Assembly: GCA_963666215.2 (NCBI GenBank)
Contig: CAXWPL010000005.1
Coordinates: 608,001-672,000 of the forward strand
Origin: Acidobacteriota bacterium
Lineage (GTDB): Bacteria; Acidobacteriota; UBA890; WLXD01
DNA length: 64,000 bases
Direction of reading: 5' to 3'
How positions within the stretch are numbered: the stretch's first letter is position 1; the number at the start of each line of letters is the position of its first letter. Positions 21,500 through 32,594 of this stretch are shown piece by piece. The notes under the pieces are model-generated. The model was given only the letters and a program-made list of their open reading frames with translations, did not search any database and was not told the origin of the DNA. The translations under genes were made by a program, and so were the position numbers.

Positions 21500-22872
21500 G
21501 TGCGCGTCCCAGCACAGCGGGCGTGCTTGCCGCGACGCTGGTCTTGAGCGCGCTGTACGGCTGTTCGAGTGGGGCTGCTCCGCGATCCTCGCCGGCGCGG
21601 CCCGATCTGGCAGCGGCGCCCGCTTCAATCTCGCCCTACGAAACCGGCACGGCGCTGGCGGCGGCACACAATGACCATCTTGTTGCTGGCCTCGCCAATC
21701 GAGCGTTCGCGCCCGAGGCCTACTGGAGGGTGCTGCAAGCCGTGCTGGTCGCGTCGCCCGACAGGTTCGACGTACGGCCGGTCGCAGAGAGCATTGAAGG
21801 ACGGCCCATCCGGCGTATCGATTTCGGCCACGGCGAGCCGCGCGTGCTGCTGTGGTCACAGATGCACGGCAACGAGAGCACCGCCTCTCGCGCGCTCGTC
21901 GACATCTTCGCTTTTCTCGCTCGCAACCCGGACAACCCGATTGTCCGCTCGATCGAGGCGGGCACGCGCCTGACGGTGATTCCTGTGCTCAATCCTGACG
22001 GCGCGGCGCGCTTCTGGCGCCACAACGCCCTCGGTGTCGATATCAATCGTGACGCGCGCCTGCTCGCTACGCCCGAGGCACGGGCTCTCAAGTCCGTGCG
22101 CGACGAGATCAACGCGGAATGGGGCTTCAATCTGCACGATCAGAACGTTCGCACGCGTCTCGGCCGTAGCAACCAGGACGTGCAGATCTCACTGCTGGCT
22201 CCTCCGCCCGGATCGAGGGTCACGAACCCGGCGATGGAGCGCGCCAAGAAGCTGGCAACCGTCGTAGCCCGAGCAATCGAACCGGTGGTCGGCAACGCGA
22301 TCGGGCGCTACGACGAGGGCTTCAACCCGCGCGCTTTCGGCGACCTGATGACGCAGTGGGGTACGGGCACGGTGCTGATCGAGTCGGGGGGAACGCTCGC
22401 AGACCCGCAGAAAGACCGTCTACGCGCCGCCAACTTCGTCGGCATCCTCACTGCGCTCTTGGCGATTGCCGATGGCTCGTGGGAAGACGCCGACCCGGGC
22501 CACTACGCCAACCTGCCTCTGAATGGAGCCCAGGTCTACGATCTGATCGTGCGTGGCGGCCAGATTGTGCTGCCGGGCCGGCGCCCCATCCGCTCCGACT
22601 TCGCGGTCAACTTCCTGGATACGCTGCAGCGCAACGCTGGTGCAATTGTCGAGGTCGGCGACCTGGCCGACGCCAGGGCCCTCGAGGTGATCGACGCCGC
22701 CGGGCTGTTCTTCCTGCCCGACAGCGCGACGCTGTCACAGCAGGAAGGGCGCCACCTGCGTCTCGGTGACCCGGCCAACGGCGTGCTGGCCCGCGACCCG
22801 GATGGCGCCAACATCGCCTGGTATCTGCAGGACGGTCGGGCGCGCACTTCGGAGATCCAAAGGCGACCGTGA
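21496..22872 (+). CDS. M14-family zinc carboxypeptidase lipoprotein
   Basis: GTGA-coupled start; lipobox LYGC; SQMHGNE, NPDG, DINRD, NLHDQ, VLIESG. Confidence 0.88.
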   Translation: MSARPSTAGVLAATLVLSALYGCSSGAAPRSSPARPDLAAAPASISPYETGTALAAAHNDHLVAGLANRAFAPEAYWRVLQAVLVASPDRFDVRPVAESIEGRPIRRIDFGHGEPRVLLWSQMHGNESTASRALVDIFAFLARNPDNPIVRSIEAGTRLTVIPVLNPDGAARFWRHNALGVDINRDARLLATPEARALKSVRDEINAEWGFNLHDQNVRTRLGRSNQDVQISLLAPPPGSRVTNPAMERAKKLATVVARAIEPVVGNAIGRYDEGFNPRAFGDLMTQWGTGTVLIESGGTLADPQKDRLRAANFVGILTALLAIADGSWEDADPGHYANLPLNGAQVYDLIVRGGQIVLPGRRPIRSDFAVNFLDTLQRNAGAIVEVGDLADARALEVIDAAGLFFLPDSATLSQQEGRHLRLGDPANGVLARDPDGANIAWYLQDGRARTSEIQRRP

Positions 22873-23157
22873 TGCGGAGGATGTTCTTTGTGGCGTGGTT
22901 GTTGGGTTGAGTGGGGACGTTTCAGACGCGCGGAGGCGAGCCGGGGGGCATCTAGGCCGACTGACGCTTGTAGCTTGGTCGCGACTTCCAGGAGCTAGCG
23001 TGGGCAACCGCTAAGGAATTGGCGACGACCGATCCGCGACGGTCGCTACGATGCCCCCGCCCCCCCCTCCGACTTCCGACATCCGCATCACAACACCGAC
23101 GGCTCGGCGCCCAGGAGTGAGGTCGTGAACGACCTCCTCAGAGGTCGCTAGCGGCGA

Positions 23158-24588
23158 TTAGCGCTCGGGGGCTGGAAGGTAGATCGCCTCACCGTGGCTG
23201 AGCTCGAGCTGACGAACGTACTCGAGCGTCGCAGTCAGGTGGCGTGCTGCTGTGTCGAAGTAGAGCGGCGATAGCCCGAGCTCGCGCCAGGCGGCCTGCC
23301 GCTCGCTGGCATACGCCGCACGGCCGCAGCCAACACCGCTCGTGCGGCGACTCAACGCCCGAGCGCGCTCGATCGTCCAGCGATCGAAGCGTTCCACGCG
23401 GGTGCCGGGGTCGATGCGCCCACGCAGGTCGTTGAGTCCCTTGGCCGGGTAGCGGAGCGACCCACCGTTGTCGAGGGCGAGCAAACGGACCTGGCCCAAC
23501 TCCCAGGTGGTGGCGTCCTCCGGAGACTCCCCGTCAGCGGGATCCGCCCGCCCGGCGATCGATCGAAAATGTAAGTTTCCGCCCGCAAAGCGGTCGATCT
23601 GCCCGGTCACTGCGTCGAGAAACATGATGTTCGACAGGTCGGCGGCGAGCTGGCGCTCGGTCATCGATCCGCGGTGAGTTCCGGGTGGCGAGTAAAGCCG
23701 CGTTGTCTGCGACAGCATGACGGATTGACCGCCAGGCCAGGGCCCCGTGGCGCGCAGCTGCTGTTGCACGGGTTGCCGCCCCAGCGACTCACGGCGCCCC
23801 AACGTGCCGTTGAACATGAAGCCTTTGAGCCACGGCTTGATAGCAGCGGGGAACGAGCCGCCGTCGGCAAGGGCCTCGCCAATACGACGCAAGACCTGCT
23901 GCCGGGCACTCTCCTTGACGCCGTCGCGATAGCTCACTTCGGCGAGTAAACGGTGCACCTTGCGCAACGCGCCGCCACGCAACTGGACCGGCAACGTGGG
24001 CGCGACGAGCTCCCCGAATCCGAGCAGTCGCGCCAACCGGTAGGCGAACACCTCGCCCTCGGTGCGTGTGTTCGAGGAGTCGGTCTTGATCACGCCAACG
24101 GTCTCGTCGCTTGCCGTATCGACCACCTTGAAGAGGATCGACTTGCCCTCGTATTCGGCCAGCAGGCCAAATCTCGTGCCACGCCCCTCGAGATCAATAT
24201 GATCGAGCGAGCGCTCGTCGAGACCCAACGGCCAGCTCCACGCCGACGCCATCGGTCCGAACTCGTCATCGGGACAGAACGCCATCGGGTAGTGCAGCCA
24301 AGCGATGGGCGTCGACTCGACAACGCGGTTGTTGATCGCGCTCGGCGGCTTGTCGCCTGCTGGTCTCGAGTCTGTCGATCGATCAACGGGAGCCGTCGCG
24401 GCCGCCATCACCGGGCGCCGCGCTAGTCCATCTCGACGCGGCGCCGACGGGCTCTCCTCGCGTGGCTGAGCTTCTAGAGGAACCGCCACAGCAGATGGCC
24501 CCTCAGAAATTGCCGATGCTCGCCTCTTGAACGGTGCCCGGGGTGGATTGGCTTGCCGCGCGCGCACCGCGCGAAGCGCGCGCATCAT
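23158..24588 (-). CDS. Atypical kinase-like protein (Fam20/Four-jointed/PI4K-like fold)
   Basis: ILFKVV, EGEVFAYRLARLLG, FLDAVTGQIDRFAGGN, LLALDNG; start uncertain. Confidence 0.6.
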   Translation of the reverse strand: MMRALRAVRARQANPPRAPFKRRASAISEGPSAVAVPLEAQPREESPSAPRRDGLARRPVMAAATAPVDRSTDSRPAGDKPPSAINNRVVESTPIAWLHYPMAFCPDDEFGPMASAWSWPLGLDERSLDHIDLEGRGTRFGLLAEYEGKSILFKVVDTASDETVGVIKTDSSNTRTEGEVFAYRLARLLGFGELVAPTLPVQLRGGALRKVHRLLAEVSYRDGVKESARQQVLRRIGEALADGGSFPAAIKPWLKGFMFNGTLGRRESLGRQPVQQQLRATGPWPGGQSVMLSQTTRLYSPPGTHRGSMTERQLAADLSNIMFLDAVTGQIDRFAGGNLHFRSIAGRADPADGESPEDATTWELGQVRLLALDNGGSLRYPAKGLNDLRGRIDPGTRVERFDRWTIERARALSRRTSGVGCGRAAYASERQAAWRELGLSPLYFDTAARHLTATLEYVRQLELSHGEAIYLPAPER

Positions 24589-24643
24589 AGCATCAGCCGA
24601 AGCTCGGTCTTCGGAACGCTATCAAGGTCCGCCAGGAACCGAC

Positions 24644-26014
24644 ATGAAGCACGCGCTGATCACACCCGAGCGGCTCAGCCTCTCGACAGATCTCTACGAG
24701 CTCACAATGTCGGCAGCGTTCTTCGAGGCGGGCCTCGCAGATCGAACCGCCACCTTCGACCTCAACGTCCGCAGCCTGCCGCCACAGCGTGGCTACCTCA
24801 TCGCCGCGGGGCTCGAGCAGGCGCTCGCCTACCTTCGTGATCTGGACTTCTCGCCCGAAGCGCTGGAGTACCTCGAGACCACTGGCCATTTTCGAGCCGG
24901 GTTCCTCGACTTCCTCGGCTCTCTTCGCTTCACGGGCAGCGTCGACGCGATCCCTGAGGGCACGGTCGTTTTCCCGCCGGGCCCACTGCTGCGCATCACC
25001 GCTCCGATCATCGAGGCCCAACTCGTGGAGACCTACCTCCTGACGACGATGACCTACCAGACGATGATCGCGTCGAAGGCGGCCCGTTGCGTGGGCGCCG
25101 CCGCCGGACGTGCCGTGATCGACTTCTCGGCCCGCCGCGACCACGGTCCGCAGGCGGGGCTCCTGTGCGCCCGCGCGGCGTACATTGGCGGCTGTCTGGG
25201 GAGCTCGAACGTTCTAGCTAGCGAGCGCTTCGGCATTCCGGCGTTCGGCACCATGGCGCATTCTTTCGTCATGTTCCACCGCGACGAGGAGGCGGCATTT
25301 CGGGCTTTTGCCCATTCCTACCCGGGCGACCCGACGCTCCTGATAGACACCTTCGAGACGGTGCAGGGGGCGCGAACCGCGTTGCGCCTGCTTCCCGAGC
25401 TGCGCGAGCGCGGCCGCAAGCTCTTCGCCGTACGGCTCGATTCTGGAGATCTCCTGGAGCTCTCCAAACAGGTCCGCGATATTCTCGACGCGGGCGGCGC
25501 CAGCGACACACAGATCTTCGCCTCGGGAAATCTTGACGAAAACCGCATTGCCGAGCTTGTTGCCAACGGAGCCCCGATCGACGCCTTCGGGGTTGGTACC
25601 GAGCTCGGGACGAGCGGCGACGCTCCCTCGCTCAACAGCACCTACAAGCTTGTTTCCCGCACCGACAGCGACGGCGACGAGATTCCGGTGATCAAGCTGA
25701 GCGCAGCCAAGATCACGCTACCGGGGCGTAAGCAGATGTGGCGGCGACAGGCCCCAGACGGACAGTTCGAGGCCGACACGCTGGGCATCGAGGGAGAGGA
25801 CCTGGAAGGAGAGCCTCTTCTGGTGCCGGTGATGGTGGACGGCGAGTTGCGTGTCGCTGCGCCCGACCTCGCCGTGCTACGCGCCCGTACGGCCGCACAA
25901 GTCGCGGCGCTGCCCGCCGGAGTCGCGGACCTCGACCGCCCGACGGAGTACCCGGTCCATATCTCGCCCGAGCTCGAGCGCTTGGCGGCGGCACTGCAGG
26001 CACGCGACTCCTAG
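24644..26014 (+). CDS. pncB: Nicotinate phosphoribosyltransferase
   Basis: TDLYELTM, AQLVET, GTMAHSF, LLIDTF, VRLDSGD, FGVGT, YKLV. Confidence 0.95.
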   Translation: MKHALITPERLSLSTDLYELTMSAAFFEAGLADRTATFDLNVRSLPPQRGYLIAAGLEQALAYLRDLDFSPEALEYLETTGHFRAGFLDFLGSLRFTGSVDAIPEGTVVFPPGPLLRITAPIIEAQLVETYLLTTMTYQTMIASKAARCVGAAAGRAVIDFSARRDHGPQAGLLCARAAYIGGCLGSSNVLASERFGIPAFGTMAHSFVMFHRDEEAAFRAFAHSYPGDPTLLIDTFETVQGARTALRLLPELRERGRKLFAVRLDSGDLLELSKQVRDILDAGGASDTQIFASGNLDENRIAELVANGAPIDAFGVGTELGTSGDAPSLNSTYKLVSRTDSDGDEIPVIKLSAAKITLPGRKQMWRRQAPDGQFEADTLGIEGEDLEGEPLLVPVMVDGELRVAAPDLAVLRARTAAQVAALPAGVADLDRPTEYPVHISPELERLAAALQARDS

Positions 26015-26024
26015 AGTCGCGTGC
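26000..26024. repeat. 11-bp-stem inverted repeat spanning the pncB stop codon
   Basis: GCACGCGACTC-CTA-GAGTCGCGTGC. Confidence 0.6.
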
Positions 26025-26138
26025 TGGGCGCTGGTCTCAGCCTTCGGCGACACGCCCGACACACGTGCGCGAGACGTTCCGTCGTCGACCCGAAGGTCGG
26101 GTCGGGCTATCGTTGACAAGCCTGGGCACGGGGTCGAT

Positions 26139-26167
26139 TTGTCCGCTATCCGAGCAGGCGCTACGAT
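26139..26167 (+). promoter_or_regulatory. Putative sigma70 promoter for citrate synthase
   Basis: TTGTCC-17 nt-TACGAT, about 120 bp upstream of the ATG. Confidence 0.4.
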
Positions 26168-26286
26168 GGGCGCGTGGCGCAACCCGAGGCGGACCTTCCC
26201 TTTCGCCGTCGGCGGCGGTGGGCCCTCAAGATCGCCCGAACGATCCAGCCACGGGGATTGATCTCGGACCACCTGGAGACTAGTGG

Positions 26287-27426
26287 ATGAGCGACGCTAA
26301 GCAGGAAACGCCGGTCAAGGCCGCCGGACTCGCCGGCGTTGTTGCTGGACAATCGTCGATTGGTTTCATCGACGGGACGCAAGGCATCCTGCGCTACCGC
26401 GGATACGACATCCACGAGCTGGCCGTCCACTCGACGTTCGAGGAGACGGTCTATCTGCTGTGGTACGGCGAACTGCCGAGCCGCACTGAGCTGGCCGATT
26501 TCACCACCCTGCTGGCGCGTAACCGAGAGGTTCCCGAGGCGACGCTCGACCTCATCCGTCGCGTCCCGCTCGACACGCCTCCGATGTCCACGTTGCGGAC
26601 TGCCGTATCTTCGCTGGGACATTTCGACGCGGACGCCGAGGACATCTCGGTGGAGGCCAACCGACAGAAAGCGGGCCGGCTCACGGCCCAGATTGCCACC
26701 CTGACGGCCGCCATCGAGCGCGTACGTAGGGGCCACGAGCCCGTGGCCCCCGATGCCGCCCTTGGCCACGCGGCCAACTTCCTTTACATGCTCCACGGCG
26801 AGCGTGCATCGGAAGCCGCGGTGCGAGCGTTGGATGTAGCGCTGGTCCTGCACGCCGATCACGGTTTCAACGCCTCGACATTCGCCGCCAAGGTCACGTC
26901 GGCAACTCTTTCCGATATGCACTCCGCGGTCACCTCGGCAATCGGGACGCTGAAAGGCCCACTGCACGGCGGCGCCAATCAGCGAGTTCGCGAGGCCCTG
27001 ACAGACATCGGCAGCGTCGAACGAGTGGAGGAGTGGGTCGATGCCAGGCTCTCCGCCAAGGAACGCATCATGGGCTTTGGCCATCGGGTCTATAAGGTCG
27101 AGGACCCGCGCGCGCGGCACCTGCTGGCCGCCGCCGAGGCGCTGGCCGACAACCGTGAGCCCGACCTGCTTGCAATCTCGAAAGGGCTCGTTGCCGCGGT
27201 GCAGGCCCGGAAGCCGCTGCAGGTGAACGTGGATTACTACTCGGCGAGCCTGTACTCCTACCTGAACATCGCGCCCGATCTATTCCCTCTGATCTTCGCA
27301 CTGTCGCGCATCTCCGGCTGGGCGACACACGTGATGGAACAGTACGCCGACAACAAGCTCATCCGGCCTCGCGCCGAGTATGTGGGGCCAGGGCCGCGCG
27401 CCTACGAGCCGCTCGAAAGCCGATAG
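26287..27426 (+). CDS. gltA: Citrate synthase (short type; 2-methylcitrate synthase not excluded)
   Basis: LRYRGYDI, HADHGFNAST, GPLHGGAN, MGFGHRVYK, NVDYYS, LIRPR. Confidence 0.92.
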   Translation: MSDAKQETPVKAAGLAGVVAGQSSIGFIDGTQGILRYRGYDIHELAVHSTFEETVYLLWYGELPSRTELADFTTLLARNREVPEATLDLIRRVPLDTPPMSTLRTAVSSLGHFDADAEDISVEANRQKAGRLTAQIATLTAAIERVRRGHEPVAPDAALGHAANFLYMLHGERASEAAVRALDVALVLHADHGFNASTFAAKVTSATLSDMHSAVTSAIGTLKGPLHGGANQRVREALTDIGSVERVEEWVDARLSAKERIMGFGHRVYKVEDPRARHLLAAAEALADNREPDLLAISKGLVAAVQARKPLQVNVDYYSASLYSYLNIAPDLFPLIFALSRISGWATHVMEQYADNKLIRPRAEYVGPGPRAYEPLESR

Positions 27427-27762
27427 CGACCGGCGCCAGACGCGTCCCCGACGGCGCAGCCCGCCTAGAGCTGGCCTGCCGGCCGCGCGCAGTCGGACCG
27501 GGGTTGCCACAGGCGTGACCAAGAGCGCGAATTGCCTGGCGTCAACTCGGTTCCACGCCGTCAGAGGGCCGCGCCTGGCTCGATTGCTGTCGTCCCGGAC
27601 CTCGTCGACGCCCATGGTGCACCGGCTGTCCGCTTGCTGCCACTGCTGCCTCCGGATCGTGTTGGTATCCGCCGCCGTCAACGCACATGCATGGTCACTT
27701 TCCGACTTTCGGGCTAATCTACCCTCCTGGGCTCGAAACCCGAGATGGGTCACAGTGGAAAT

Positions 27763-27789
27763 CGACTTTCGCGCCGCGACCACGTCTAA
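27763..27789 (+). promoter_or_regulatory. Possible RpoE/ECF-type promoter upstream of htrA
   Basis: CGACTT-16 nt-TCTAA versus the sigmaE consensus GAACTT-N16-TCTAA. Confidence 0.3.
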
Positions 27790-27873
27790 CGAGCTGAAGT
27801 GCCGAGGCCGACCGCGCCTCGTACATCCGACAGATTTCCCCCGCCAATTGGAACACCCGAATTGGAGAAGCGA

Positions 27874-29478
<1,605 letters not shown>

Positions 29479-29573
29479 ATGTCAGAGGAACCGAGCTCCA
29501 GGCGTCGCATCTCGGAATCTGAAGGGCAGGATCCAGGGCCGAGAAGAAGCGAACGCTTCGAGAAGATAACTAG

Positions 29574-29604
29574 AGGGTCACCGGCGCCGGCCGGTGGCCC
29601 TTTT
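29574..29604 (+). terminator. Intrinsic terminator between convergent genes
   Basis: AGGGTCACCGGC-GCCG-GCCGGTGGCCCT followed by a short T run. Confidence 0.7.
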
Positions 29605-29621
29605 GCTTGCCGTGTGGCGTG

Positions 29622-29906
29622 CTACCAGCGGTTGACCACCCTCTTGACGTCCTGAGTCTCTGAGCTCGTTTCGACCACAACATCACCGTCGGCGTCGAGG
29701 AAGGCCTCGAGCGACGACAGTCGGAACCGCCATTGCCGGCCGACTCGCGTCGCCGGGATGCGTCCCTGCTTGGCCATCCGATAGACGGTCGACTTGTTGA
29801 TGCGCAGCAGGTCTGCCACATCCTCGACCGTCATGAACTCGCCGAGACGACTCTCGAGCTCCGGAGTCGCGTTCAGCTCGCCGTGAGTTTCCTTCGTTTC
29901 GGTCAT
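29622..29906 (-). CDS. Excisionase/BldC-like HTH_17 DNA-binding protein
   Basis: FMTVEDVADLLRINKSTVYRMAKQGRIPATRVGRQWRF; GGAGG RBS; 22 bp downstream of the GGDEF/HD-GYP gene. Confidence 0.9.
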   Translation of the reverse strand: MTETKETHGELNATPELESRLGEFMTVEDVADLLRINKSTVYRMAKQGRIPATRVGRQWRFRLSSLEAFLDADGDVVVETSSETQDVKRVVNRW

Positions 29907-29928
29907 GGTTCGTTGCCTCCCACCCGCC

Positions 29929-32316
29929 TCACGACTGTGCCGCGATGGCGTCTTGTGGTCCTTTCGAGCTAGCTTCGGCGACCACTACCCGCCGTTCGAG
30001 CATCTCGAGAAACGCGTGCGCCACCTCGGGATTCCAGTGGCTTCCTACTTTCTGTTCAATGAGCCGCTTGGCTCGGGGCACTTCCATCGCGGGTCGCTGG
30101 GCCCGCTCTGAAACAAGAGCGTTGTAAACGTCGCAGATGCCGACGATCTGAGCGCCGATCGGAATTTCCTCACCGCGCAGGCCGGCGGGATAGCCACTGC
30201 CGTCCCAGCGCTCATGGCAGGCACTGATGATCTCGGCGGTCTCTTCGAGGCCGGGGACCGACCGGATCGTGTGTGCGCCCTGCATGAGGGCGCGCTCCAC
30301 CAGCGCACGCTCTTCGTCGGTGAACGTACCCTCTTTGGTGAGTACTTGCGGCGCCACGGCGAACTTGCCAACGTCGTGAAGGTAGCCTGCAAGCTCGATG
30401 CGCAACATCTCGTCTTCGGACAAGCCCATCCTATGAGCGAGGTCGCCGCACAGCTCCGATACGACGCGAGCATGCGGGCGGGCCAGCGGATCCTTCGATT
30501 CGACGATGTTGATCAGATCTGCGATCGCCTTCCACACCACGGGGCTCTCGATGCCGAGTGCGGCGCGCTTGACGAGCTCGTCGAGCTGCTCTTCGACGTC
30601 GCGCGGGAGACGAGGCTCGGCGGGAACCCGTGGTCTTTCCTGGGGGGCCCCAACGGATTCGAGCTCTTCGGCTGTGCACTCGTCGGCTCGGCGCGCACGA
30701 TGCCCGCCGGCGGTCTTGGCCAGGTACATGGCCTTATCGGCGCTCTCCAGCAGCACTTCGGTGGTTTCGCCATCGGCTGGAAACTCGCCCACACCAATCG
30801 AGGCTCTCAGGTCGAACGGCTGGTCCCATTCCATCATGGTCATGCCGTTGAGCATCGCGTCGAGCCGCTCCATCGTTCGATCGATGGGACTCTGCACGAG
30901 GGCAACGAACTCGTCGCCGCCGTAGCGGCACATCGCCACCGCATCCGGAAGCGCGCCGCGAAGCCGGTTCCCCATCTCCGTGATCGCGACGTTGCCCGCG
31001 ATGTGGCCGTGCACGTCATTGATCGTCTTCAGGTTGTCCATATCCACGACTGCGATCGTCATCGGACTCATCGCCGCGACGTTCGGCGCGGTCAGAGTCT
31101 CGGTCAGCTGGTCGGTGAAGGCCTGGAAATTGAGTAGCCCGGTGAGGCCGTCGATGCGGCTCTGGCGGCGCAGCTGGTCGAGCAGGTCGCGACCATGGAT
31201 GAACGACGCCACCATCAGCGAAGCGGCCCAGCAGAAGTCGCGATCGGCCTCGCCAAAGCTTCGATTCCGGCGCTTGTCGCGCAGATAGAAGGCTCCGAGT
31301 AACTCTTCGTTGGCCTTGATCGGGACCACCAAGAAGCTGTTGAACGGCATGGAGTCGGGCATGTACTCGCAGATCTGCGCCCAAAGCTCTGGTGGCTCGT
31401 TGGGGTGCACTTCTGTGATTCCACCGTCGGCGAACGTCCTCTGTAGCTCGGGGTAGGCGTCGATAGCAATCGGCCTTACCTCGGCGCTCGAATCGTCACT
31501 GCTGGCCGCCACAAAGCCCTCGAGGCTGCCGCGTTCGATCATCACGAGGGAACACCGATCGACCCCAACGCCCTGCTGCACCCGCTTGGTGATCTCGAAC
31601 ATCACGTCCGCCGACGCTTCCTTTGCCCCGGTGAGGCCGAGGCGTCCGATCTCGGACAGGAAGCGCAGCCGATACTTGTCTTTGCTCAGGTGCTTGGCGT
31701 GTTGCGCGAACGACCGCATGCGGAACTCGAGCTGCTCGGCCCGGCCGCGCTCGTCTTTCCACTGCTGCGCGATGAGACCGAAGAAGTAGCCCATTCGAAA
31801 CAGGAAGGCGAGACGGCCAATCTGGCCGGGGTCGCGCAGTATGGAGGCACCAAACTGCATGAACGCCACGCTGCTGTACGCAGCGCAGGCTACGAGGCTA
31901 AGGCTCATGGCCACCGTGCCCCGGTGCCACGCGGCGGCGAACGCCAGCGCCAGCAAGTACCCCATGAAAAAGTCGCCGCCCGCGGACTTGGTCAGAAACA
32001 CGGCCAAAGTGATGATCGCGATGTCGAGCAGGCTAACGAGGTAGTGAAGCAGGTCACTGCCCCGCCGCTTGATCCCTATGGTCGTCAACAGGTTGCCCGC
32101 CAGCACCGCGCCCGCGATGAGCGACCGAATCATCTGACTCGGCCCCTCGACCGAGTAGAGCAGCCCATAGCAAACCGCTACCGCAAGAAACCAACGCGCC
32201 GCGAGCACGGAGTTCGTGTTTCTGCTCCGCGACGGCGCAGAGGCGCGGCTCGCGTTTTCGAAGCCAATGGGCACTTCGGTAGGTTGCTTCGGGTGCATGG
32301 GCCTGGGACCAGCCAC
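29929..32316 (-). CDS. Membrane-bound GAF-GGDEF-HD-GYP protein (paralog 1)
   Basis: About 5-6 N-terminal TMs; GAF; DGLTGL, DMDNLK, RYGGDEF; HDVGK, HERWDGSGYP. Confidence 0.9.
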   Translation of the reverse strand: MAGPRPMHPKQPTEVPIGFENASRASAPSRSRNTNSVLAARWFLAVAVCYGLLYSVEGPSQMIRSLIAGAVLAGNLLTTIGIKRRGSDLLHYLVSLLDIAIITLAVFLTKSAGGDFFMGYLLALAFAAAWHRGTVAMSLSLVACAAYSSVAFMQFGASILRDPGQIGRLAFLFRMGYFFGLIAQQWKDERGRAEQLEFRMRSFAQHAKHLSKDKYRLRFLSEIGRLGLTGAKEASADVMFEITKRVQQGVGVDRCSLVMIERGSLEGFVAASSDDSSAEVRPIAIDAYPELQRTFADGGITEVHPNEPPELWAQICEYMPDSMPFNSFLVVPIKANEELLGAFYLRDKRRNRSFGEADRDFCWAASLMVASFIHGRDLLDQLRRQSRIDGLTGLLNFQAFTDQLTETLTAPNVAAMSPMTIAVVDMDNLKTINDVHGHIAGNVAITEMGNRLRGALPDAVAMCRYGGDEFVALVQSPIDRTMERLDAMLNGMTMMEWDQPFDLRASIGVGEFPADGETTEVLLESADKAMYLAKTAGGHRARRADECTAEELESVGAPQERPRVPAEPRLPRDVEEQLDELVKRAALGIESPVVWKAIADLINIVESKDPLARPHARVVSELCGDLAHRMGLSEDEMLRIELAGYLHDVGKFAVAPQVLTKEGTFTDEERALVERALMQGAHTIRSVPGLEETAEIISACHERWDGSGYPAGLRGEEIPIGAQIVGICDVYNALVSERAQRPAMEVPRAKRLIEQKVGSHWNPEVAHAFLEMLERRVVVAEASSKGPQDAIAAQS

Positions 32317-32400
32317 CCCCGAGCAGGGGCGACGCTGTTGAAAGGGCTCGTGGTGCAGTCAATGTATTGAATCTCATCCCTGGTACTCAACCGTAATCTT

Positions 32401-32460
32401 TGAAGTTGTTTGAATAACTTAAGTGTCTTTCAGTGACCAAATGTGACTCGGCGAACCGAA
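32401..32460. promoter_or_regulatory. AT-rich upstream region with 10-bp-phased direct repeats
   Basis: TGAAG/TGAAT at 32401 and 32411; GTG(T/A)C at 32423, 32433 and 32443. Confidence 0.5.
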
Positions 32461-32594
32461 ACCGCTGGCTGTCCGGCTGGCTCTCATCGCCAAAACGGCC
32501 ACTCTCGCTGGCGCCGATGGCAGCACGAAGGCGGCTCGCGGAAGAGCAAAGGAAGCAGAATCGACGGTTCTAGAGGAGGACCGAGCCCAGACTG

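Noticed and set aside
19738-22872. 1044-aa ORF as one giant protein
   Set aside because: The first ~586 aa are an Arg/Gly-rich off-frame shadow of the amidohydrolase and TM-helix genes; only 21496..22872 is a real M14 peptidase.
26113-26141. Perfect TTGACA as the citrate synthase -35 element
   Set aside because: No acceptable -10 at 16-18 nt; the downstream TTGTCC/TACGAT pair fits better.
29622-29906. HTH_17 gene as a prophage or ICE excisionase
   Set aside because: No integrase, att site, tRNA or phage genes nearby; context points to a regulator.
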